Below, in pieces: positions 17,678 to 24,523 of a DNA stretch of 24,523 bases. Made by a program: the position numbers and the translations under genes. Within the stretch, counting starts at the first letter, position 1. Each line of letters opens with the position of its first letter. The notes beneath the pieces were generated by a model that ran no database searches, had not been told where the DNA came from, and saw only the letters and a list, made by a program, of their open reading frames with translations. Source of the DNA: a virus (lineage: Duplodnaviria; Caudoviricetes); IMG/VR virus record IMGVR_UViG_3300003086_000082, positions 1-24,523 of that record; one strand, 5' to 3'.

Positions 17678-19039
17678 GTGATGCCATACGATTTATTAAA
17701 GAAGTTAAGTGACCCAGTTGAGGATAAAAAAGGAGTATTATATAATACCCCAAACCTAGACGAATTAGAAATTGGTCCTTGGCCATCATTTGTTACAGGA
17801 ATGAAACGTTTGGCATCTGGTGACCACGGTGGTGCAATGATGGTTCGTGATGTACTTGCTACATTAGAAACATCATATGTAACCAAAAAAGGTTATTGGA
17901 AAGGTGGTACTGTAGGAGTAATTGGATACGGTGGTGGTGTTATTCCACGTTTCAACGAATTAAAGAATGAAGACGGTGACTATAAATTTAAAGACGCATC
18001 GGAATTTCATACTCTAAGAATTCAACCTCCTGCTGGAATGCATTACACTTCAGACTTATTAAGAAATCTATGTGACGTATTCACCGACAACGGTGGTTCA
18101 GGTCTTATTGGTTTACATGGTCAATCTGGTGATATTATGTTACAAGGTGCTACCGAAGAAACAACTCAAACTATTTTTAACGAATTAAATGAGATCGGTT
18201 TCGACATGGGTGGTGCTGGACCAGCAGTAAGAACTGGAATGTCATGTGTCGGTGCTGCTAGATGTGAAATGTCAAACGTGAATGAACAGGCAGTTCTAAG
18301 AACTCTTGTTAATGCATTCCTTGATGACATGCATCGTCCTGCTTTACCTTATAAGATGAAATTCAAAGTATCAGGTTGTGCTAATGATTGTATGAATTCA
18401 ATTGAGCGTTCAGACTTTGCTACTATTGGAACTTGGAGAGATGATATCAAAATCAACCAGGAAATGTGGAAAGCAATGGTTGCTGATAAAGGTCTTGATT
18501 ATGTTCACGATAATATTACATCACGTTGTCCTACTCAAGCAATGCACGTAAATGCAGATACTTCATTAACAATTGATAACAGAAACTGCGTTAAGTGTAT
18601 GCATTGTTTAAATGCTACTTCACCTTTGACTCATAATTATATCCAAAAAGATGCTCCAGCAGAGGCAATACTTGCTACTGGTGATGATAAGGGTGTAACG
18701 ATTTGTATGGGTGGTAAAAGAACTCTTAAGATTGGTGACTTGTTTGGTACTGTTGTTGTTCCTTTCCTTAAAATGGATACCCCTGAAGACTTCGAATACA
18801 TTGAAGAACTTGCAGGTGAAGTAATTGATTTCTTCGCTGAGAATGCTCTTGAGCATGAAAGAACAGGTGAAATGATTGAACGTATTGGTATCGTAAACTT
18901 CATGGAAGGAATTGGTTTAGACGTTAATCCTAACATGGTTAGTTCTCCTCGTTATATGTCTTATGTACGCATGGACAAATGGGATGAAGAAGCAGTTAAA
19001 TGGTTCGAGAATAAGAATGAAGAAGTTGCCAATGCATGA
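17678..19039 (+). CDS. dsrA: Dissimilatory sulfite reductase alpha subunit, oxidative type, copy 2 (N-terminally extended)
   Basis: Same motifs (GPWPSFV, CVGAARC...GCANDC, CVKCMHC); AGGAG RBS; start GTG 17678 or ATG 17681. Confidence 0.95.
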   Translation: MMPYDLLKKLSDPVEDKKGVLYNTPNLDELEIGPWPSFVTGMKRLASGDHGGAMMVRDVLATLETSYVTKKGYWKGGTVGVIGYGGGVIPRFNELKNEDGDYKFKDASEFHTLRIQPPAGMHYTSDLLRNLCDVFTDNGGSGLIGLHGQSGDIMLQGATEETTQTIFNELNEIGFDMGGAGPAVRTGMSCVGAARCEMSNVNEQAVLRTLVNAFLDDMHRPALPYKMKFKVSGCANDCMNSIERSDFATIGTWRDDIKINQEMWKAMVADKGLDYVHDNITSRCPTQAMHVNADTSLTIDNRNCVKCMHCLNATSPLTHNYIQKDAPAEAILATGDDKGVTICMGGKRTLKIGDLFGTVVVPFLKMDTPEDFEYIEELAGEVIDFFAENALEHERTGEMIERIGIVNFMEGIGLDVNPNMVSSPRYMSYVRMDKWDEEAVKWFENKNEEVANA

Positions 19040-19174
19040 GTGGTATGACCAACTTACAATGGGACAGAAAATGTCCTTGTGGGTTGAGTATAAAGCTGAG
19101 GGCGACTCGACTAATCAAGTTGTCGAAAGGGCATACAAACAATATTTAAAAACTTTTAAACTAGAGATATTATA

Positions 19175-19175
<1 letters not shown>
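19032..19175 (+). CDS. Small hypothetical protein, 47 aa
   Basis: ATG 19032 overlaps the end of dsrA copy 2; TAATG coupling to iscU. Confidence 0.55.
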
Positions 19176-20095
<920 letters not shown>

Positions 20096-20099
<4 letters not shown>

Positions 20100-20416
20100 T
20101 AAGTATAACAGATGTAGGTGCGAAGAAAGCAAAGGAATTTTTAGAAAAAAGAGGTTCGGGGTTCGGATTAAGGGTATCAATAACGACTACTGGTTGTTCT
20201 GGGTATGCTTATAAGTTAGAGTTTGCGGATAGAGTAGAGGAAGAGGACTTAGAGTTTTTCTCAAATGGTATTAAATTAGTGGTGGATAAGAAATCACATG
20301 TACTAATAGATGGTACTGAGTTAGACTATGTCGTTAGTGGGTTAAATGAGGGGTTTGAGTTTTATAATCCTTTGTCTAAAGCAAAGTGTGGGTGTGGAGA
20401 AAGTTTTACAGTATAA
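20096..20416 (+). CDS. iscA: A-type Fe-S carrier IscA
   Basis: [21 protein letters not shown]; DGTELDY..GLNEGF.F.NP; CGCGESFTV. Confidence 0.9.
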
Positions 20417-20435
20417 TTTAACATAGGAGAAAGAT

Positions 20436-20660
20436 GTGGCAGACCAAGTATTAGATGCATCGGGACTTAATTGCCCAATGCCAATTTTAAAGACGAAGAA
20501 AGCATTAAGCAAAATGGATGCGGGGCAAATTTTAGAGGTTATCTCAACAGATGCTGGTTCAGTGAAAGACATTGAAGCATTCTGTAATCAAACAGGTAAC
20601 AAATTAATTTCAATTAACGAAGACGGTGGTAAATACGTCTTTACATTAGAACGAGTATAG
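20436..20660 (+). CDS. tusA: Sulfur carrier TusA
   Basis: LDASGLNCPMPILKTKKAL; STDAGSVKDIEAFC; GTG start with AGGAG RBS. Confidence 0.93.
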   Translation: MADQVLDASGLNCPMPILKTKKALSKMDAGQILEVISTDAGSVKDIEAFCNQTGNKLISINEDGGKYVFTLERV

Positions 20661-20668
20661 GAGATATT

Positions 20669-20761
20669 ATGAAAGAATTATATAACAAATGGGTAGATAA
20701 TTGTCCAGCACCAAAGGCATATAGATGGGTTAAAAGAGAAATTCAATCAAGGACACTTTAG
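20669..20761 (+). CDS. Small hypothetical peptide, 30 aa (not in ORF track)
   Basis: AGGAG RBS; MKELYNKWVDNCPAPKAYRWVKREIQSRTL; fills the tusA-dsrC gap. Confidence 0.55.
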   Translation: MKELYNKWVDNCPAPKAYRWVKREIQSRTL

Positions 20762-20770
20762 GAGAATAGC

Positions 20771-21115
20771 ATGGCAGATATATTAGGCGCACCAGTAGAT
20801 GAAGAGGGTTTCTTAACAAACCTTAAAGATTGGACACCAGAAATTGCAATTGAAATGGCAAAAGTAGACGACATTGACTTAGAAGATGAAAATGCTGAGT
20901 TATATCACGAGCGTTGGGATGTTCTTAATCTTTTACGTGACTACTTTGAAGAGTACCAAATCGCACCAGCAGTACGAGTATTGACTAAAGCAGTTGGTAA
21001 GAAACTCGGTAAGGATAAAGGTAAGTCAAAATACCTATACGTGTTGTTCCCTTATGGTCCTGGAAAGCAAGGTTGTAAGTTTGCTGGACTTCCGAAGCCA
21101 ACGGGTTGTATCTAG
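20771..21115 (+). CDS. dsrC: DsrC sulfur-carrier protein
   Basis: VDEEGFL..WTPEIA; APAVRVL; LFPYGPGKQGCKFAGLPKPTGCI with both C-terminal Cys (CX10C). Confidence 0.93.
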   Translation: MADILGAPVDEEGFLTNLKDWTPEIAIEMAKVDDIDLEDENAELYHERWDVLNLLRDYFEEYQIAPAVRVLTKAVGKKLGKDKGKSKYLYVLFPYGPGKQGCKFAGLPKPTGCI

Positions 21116-21240
21116 TGGACTTATATTTTATCAATGGGTTATTGCTAAGTGCAATCATATTTTCATTTTACATAACTCAAGCAGATAGAAATTATTATTG
21201 TAAACGACAGATGGAGAAAATTAAATTATGGAAAAGGTGA
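21115..21240 (+). CDS. Small membrane peptide, 41 aa (not in ORF track)
   Basis: GTG overlapping dsrC stop; DLYFINGLLLSAIIFSFYITQADRNYYCKRQMEKIKLWKR. Confidence 0.45.
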   Translation: MDLYFINGLLLSAIIFSFYITQADRNYYCKRQMEKIKLWKR

Positions 21241-21482
21241 AAGGGGCATTAATCGCAATCTTTTTATGGGTTGGATTAATTATGACAGGTGATGCCAAGG
21301 CAGATTACATTACGATGGATATTGATTCGTCAGTAAGAGGTGGCACAATACGGTGTGAGTCCGTACAGCAATGTTGGATTAAGGTTCAATACATGGAAGA
21401 ACGTGGTGCTGACCAGTACTGCAATTCTATTACAATCAAACGTGATGGCAGAATAGTATGGTTCAAGAACTATTATAAATAA
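21228..21482 (+). CDS. Small secreted hypothetical protein with three Cys
   Basis: GGAG RBS; signal-like N-terminus ending AKA. Confidence 0.65.
   Translation: MEKVKGALIAIFLWVGLIMTGDAKADYITMDIDSSVRGGTIRCESVQQCWIKVQYMEERGADQYCNSITIKRDGRIVWFKNYYK
21474..21481 (+). promoter_or_regulatory. T4-type late promoter
   Basis: TATAAATA just before ATG 21487. Confidence 0.6.
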
Positions 21483-21486
21483 GGGT

Positions 21487-21840
21487 ATGAGTGAGAATGG
21501 CGTAAGCGATAAAACAGCAGTTGATATAAACCTCAAATGGTTTGTTCAAATTATGGTAGTGGTAGGTATTGCCGTTTGGGGGTACTTCGGACTAACCGAA
21601 CGACTCAACTTCTTAGAACATAACCTTACATTGGCACAAGTAAATGTCGATATGAATTCAGAGTTTAGGGTTAAATGGCCACGTGGTGAACTTGGTGCAT
21701 TACCTGATGACGCAGAACAAAACATGCGTTTAGATATGATAGAAAAAGTAATAGATAGACGAACTGCTAAGTTGGAACAACTAATGGAAGACTTCCAACG
21801 AATGAAGTTTCAAGCAGAATTTAATCAATCGAAACTCTAA
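21487..21840 (+). CDS. Membrane-anchored coiled-coil phage protein
   Basis: One TM segment (FVQIMVVVGIAVWGYFGL), then NSEFRVKWPRGELG and a coiled coil. Confidence 0.7.
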   Translation: MSENGVSDKTAVDINLKWFVQIMVVVGIAVWGYFGLTERLNFLEHNLTLAQVNVDMNSEFRVKWPRGELGALPDDAEQNMRLDMIEKVIDRRTAKLEQLMEDFQRMKFQAEFNQSKL

Positions 21841-21965
21841 TGGATTTAACTTTCATAACAGCAGAATTGTTAAATGATATCAGTTGGTTTGATGGTATCG
21901 CTTATACAGTATTAGGTCTTGTTGTATATGCAGTGGCAAAATACATCAATACTAAAATTAATTAA
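21840..21965 (+). CDS. Small membrane protein, 41 aa (not in ORF track)
   Basis: TAATG coupling; MDLTFITAELLNDISWFDGIAYTVLGLVVYAVAKYINTKIN. Confidence 0.6.
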   Translation: MDLTFITAELLNDISWFDGIAYTVLGLVVYAVAKYINTKIN

Positions 21966-22022
21966 GACCCAACGGCGGGTCGAAAAGTAAGACAACGACG
22001 TCCTTTTACAATTTAAAAGGAG
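21966..22022 (+). ncRNA. Candidate cis-regulatory RNA: tandem hairpins with AACGRC loops plus an SD-sequestering stem
   Basis: GACCC-AACGGC-GGGTC; GAC-AACGAC-GTC; TCCTTTTA/TAAAAGGA stem covering the SD of ORF 22029. Confidence 0.45.
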
Positions 22023-22028
22023 AAGAAT

Positions 22029-22256
22029 ATGTACCACGACTCAGGGTTATGTGGTTTCCTAAAAGGAAATGAACGAATTTACAACAAGAAAGCGTCTTTA
22101 TGCGAGGACCTTAAATTTGCTATGTTTATTAACAGTAAAGAACAAAAACACGTCCAATTACCAAAACATAAGTTAATTATGGCACGACTTAAACAAGTCA
22201 CCTTTGGTGGTTTCTTTCCGGATTTATCTAGTTACAAAGGATATAGGAATGACTGA
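22029..22256 (+). CDS. Basic hypothetical protein
   Basis: Strong AAGGAG RBS. Confidence 0.6.
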   Translation: MYHDSGLCGFLKGNERIYNKKASLCEDLKFAMFINSKEQKHVQLPKHKLIMARLKQVTFGGFFPDLSSYKGYRND

Positions 22257-22335
22257 CGAAGATAAGAAGAAATACTCTGAGTGGTTCAATCGTTGGTATC
22301 ACAGAGATGGTCTAGGAATTTATTACGGGAGATAA
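22249..22335 (+). CDS. Small hypothetical peptide, 28 aa (not in ORF track)
   Basis: MTDEDKKKYSEWFNRWYHRDGLGIYYGR; AGGA upstream; fills the gap. Confidence 0.45.
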   Translation: MTDEDKKKYSEWFNRWYHRDGLGIYYGR

Positions 22336-22336
22336 A

Positions 22337-22609
22337 TTGGAAGATGACAACAAAATAATCCAATTTAAACCAAAGTCCGACGTTAAGGAGTGCTTCACCG
22401 AGAGTATGTGCCCTAGTGATTGGAAAGTCCCATATCAACCTACATACGACGAATTAAGACTAACAATGCTTTCGTTAGCAGAATGCGTCGAAAACACACA
22501 ATTCCAATTACTAACAGCAGGCGTTCAGTCTGAGTTTATACTACGCGATAGGTTAGAAGACCTACAACACATGCGTGCACTACTATTAGACTATTATAAG
22601 GCAGATTAA
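22337..22609 (+). CDS. Hypothetical protein (TTG start)
   Basis: GGGAG RBS; N-terminal KIIQFKPK. Confidence 0.6.
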   Translation: MEDDNKIIQFKPKSDVKECFTESMCPSDWKVPYQPTYDELRLTMLSLAECVENTQFQLLTAGVQSEFILRDRLEDLQHMRALLLDYYKAD

Positions 22610-22612
22610 ACA

Positions 22613-22620
22613 TATAAATA
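22613..22620 (+). promoter_or_regulatory. T4-type late promoter for phoH
   Basis: Exact intergenic TATAAATA. Confidence 0.7.
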
Positions 22621-22650
22621 CTTGTATATTGTTATTACGAAAGGATATTT

Positions 22651-23349
22651 ATGTCTAGTAAGAAGAATGTAAAGAGTGCTAAGGCACTAATGAATAAGCA
22701 ACATCTAGAGTTACAACAGTTCGACCCACTAACTGACAGTCAGTCAGCCTTCTTTGCGAATTATGAAACAGGAAAGTCGCAGGTATTATCTGGTTCCGCA
22801 GGAACAGGTAAAACGTTCATGTCGTTATATAAGGCATTCCAAGAAATTCTAAATTCAAAGAAAAACTATCGCAGAATCGTTATTATACGTTCCGCAGTCG
22901 CAACACGTGACATTGGTCATCTTCCTGGTAATTTAGAAGAGAAACAAGCAATCTACGAAATACCTTATGTTGGTATATGCAACGAGTTATTCAATCGTGG
23001 TGACGCATATGGGTTAATGAAAAAGAATGGTATTGTCGACTTTATGCTCACTTCATATGTACGTGGTATTACATTAGATGAAACAATCGTTATCGTTGAT
23101 GAGTTTCAGAATATGACAGCCCATGAGGCAGACTCTATTATAACTCGTCTGGGTAAAGGTTCAAAGATTATTTATTGTGGTGATACTTGTCAAACAGACT
23201 TCACTCGCAATGGTGATAAAGATATTAAGAAGTTCATACAAATCCTAAAACGTATGCCTGACTATTTCATTTTGAATAAGTTTGGTGTTGAGGATATTGT
23301 TCGTTCGGGGATAAAAGAGCAAGGTGCAGTCATTGATAATGACTTCTGA
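22651..23349 (+). CDS. phoH: PhoH-family ATPase
   Basis: Walker A GSAGTGKT; RDIGHLPG; RGITL; IVDEFQN; TRLG; CGD..Q; DIVRSG. Confidence 0.93.
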   Translation: MSSKKNVKSAKALMNKQHLELQQFDPLTDSQSAFFANYETGKSQVLSGSAGTGKTFMSLYKAFQEILNSKKNYRRIVIIRSAVATRDIGHLPGNLEEKQAIYEIPYVGICNELFNRGDAYGLMKKNGIVDFMLTSYVRGITLDETIVIVDEFQNMTAHEADSIITRLGKGSKIIYCGDTCQTDFTRNGDKDIKKFIQILKRMPDYFILNKFGVEDIVRSGIKEQGAVIDNDF

Positions 23350-23551
23350 CGATAAGTTCAATGAAGTATATTTTAAGGAAATGCTCTCGGTTGAAGAGCA
23401 ATTAGAATATGCTTATTGGATGGATACCCTTATTGATGCTGGGTGTGCCTGTATGGAAAACCTCACTTCTCAGGAAGTAGACGAAAAGATGTATCGCATG
23501 GCACAGTGTGATATTAATCAGTCAACAAGAAAAAATCATAGAAACACTTGA
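23339..23551 (+). CDS. Hypothetical protein
   Basis: ATG 23339 (or GTG 23324); fills the phoH-promoter gap. Confidence 0.55.
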   Translation: MTSDDKFNEVYFKEMLSVEEQLEYAYWMDTLIDAGCACMENLTSQEVDEKMYRMAQCDINQSTRKNHRNT

Positions 23552-23576
23552 CTTTTAGTCAAAAGTATAGTATAAT
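23548..23576 (+). promoter_or_regulatory. Sigma70-type early promoter for the methyltransferase
   Basis: TTGACT, 17 bp spacer, TATAAT; ATG begins 7 nt after the -10 box. Confidence 0.85.
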
Positions 23577-23582
23577 ATAGGT

Positions 23583-24523
23583 ATGAATAAAAAATTATAC
23601 GACTATTACGACGCTCGAACAATAGACCATATCCCTTACTTAAACAGTGGGGAATTCAAATACATAACAGACAAATACGGTAAAGAAGAATGCCGTTTTA
23701 CTTTGGCTGAGTATATCGCATCAAACCAATCTAAATACCCATTCAACCCTATCACATACGAGGATATGGTTAAGAACTTTAATAAACTAATTAAAGTAGA
23801 CTACTCTAAATTCCTAGAACCATCTTCAACTGATGTAGATAGTAATGTACTAGAGAAGTATGAAGACTACAAGTATGGTTATCACACATACCCATTAGGG
23901 GTTATTGACGGACCAGCAGCCCCATTTAATAAAGTAGCAGACTATTTCATGCGTGAGATACGTTATGAGTGCTCATCCCAAAATCACAATAGTCCTGTAG
24001 AGGCATGGGAACGTGGTGAGGCAAGAGGTATATGGCCTGCCACTGGAGCATTATGGCGTGGTGTAAACGCAACTCATTATGACGATGAGGGTAAGTGTAT
24101 ATCAGGTAAATTAGATAAAAATGCTTATTTAATGGCATTTAGGATGGGTGCTTATATCGCAACCCAATTCAAGCCAGCAGTAGCAAAATCTATATACCAA
24201 ATGACTGACGCAAAGAGAGTATTAGATACTTCAATGGGTTGGGGTGATAGACTTACTGGTTTCTTTACCTCTAACTGTTCTACTGAGTATATTGGTTGTG
24301 ACCCAAATCCTAATACATTTAAGGTGTATAAAGAAATGGCAAAAGAGTATAGTAAGTTATTGACTAACAAGTATGAGGTAATAGCAGACACTGATAACTA
24401 TTTTGAGTTAAAGGGAAATAAGAAGTCTGTTAAGTTTTACCGTAGTGGTGCTGAAAACCTACCATGGGATGACATAACTGATATAGACTGCGCATTCACT
24501 TCCCCACCATATTTTTCTACTGA
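23583..24523 (+). CDS. DNA amino-methyltransferase (N4-C or N6-A), 3'-truncated by the window (not in ORF track)
   Basis: Frame open from ATG 23583 to the window end (translated by hand); TQFKP..AK; SAM motif VLDTSMGWGDRL; YIGCDPN; catalytic FTSPPY at ~24495-24512. Confidence 0.88.
   Translation, partial: MNKKLYDYYDARTIDHIPYLNSGEFKYITDKYGKEECRFTLAEYIASNQSKYPFNPITYEDMVKNFNKLIKVDYSKFLEPSSTDVDSNVLEKYEDYKYGYHTYPLGVIDGPAAPFNKVADYFMREIRYECSSQNHNSPVEAWERGEARGIWPATGALWRGVNATHYDDEGKCISGKLDKNAYLMAFRMGAYIATQFKPAVAKSIYQMTDAKRVLDTSMGWGDRLTGFFTSNCSTEYIGCDPNPNTFKVYKEMAKEYSKLLTNKYEVIADTDNYFELKGNKKSVKFYRSGAENLPWDDITDIDCAFTSPPYFST

Noticed and set aside
17678-19039. Second reductase gene as dsrB
   Set aside because: It is collinear and highly similar to copy 1, with DsrA-specific GPWPSFV and WKGG motifs and DsrA length.

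Overview
AT-rich window, coding essentially only on the + strand, from a T4-like myophage. Its host is most likely a sulfur-oxidising gammaproteobacterium (SUP05/Thioglobus-like, inferred from the oxidative-type dsr genes). The left ~13 kb carries T4-like core genes (gp61 primase, RuvC-like resolvase, gp39/60 and gp52 topoisomerase II, RNase H, gp30 ligase), small ORFs, a rhodanese-like protein with Ser at the catalytic position, and a 774-aa Cys-rich PA14-domain protein. From ~13.2 to 21.1 kb lies a large auxiliary-metabolism island: purM, HAD hydrolase, porin-like protein, a secreted repeat protein resembling sulfur-globule proteins, two tandem full-length dsrA genes with no dsrB, iscU-ferredoxin-erpA-iscA, tusA and dsrC. 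The right end has small membrane ORFs, a riboswitch-like tandem-hairpin leader, phoH and a DNA methyltransferase running off the edge. Six sigma70-type early promoters and several T4 late promoters (TATAAATA) are visible. I added several small ORFs and the methyltransferase that the ORF track missed. All calls are by motif recognition; no database searches were run.
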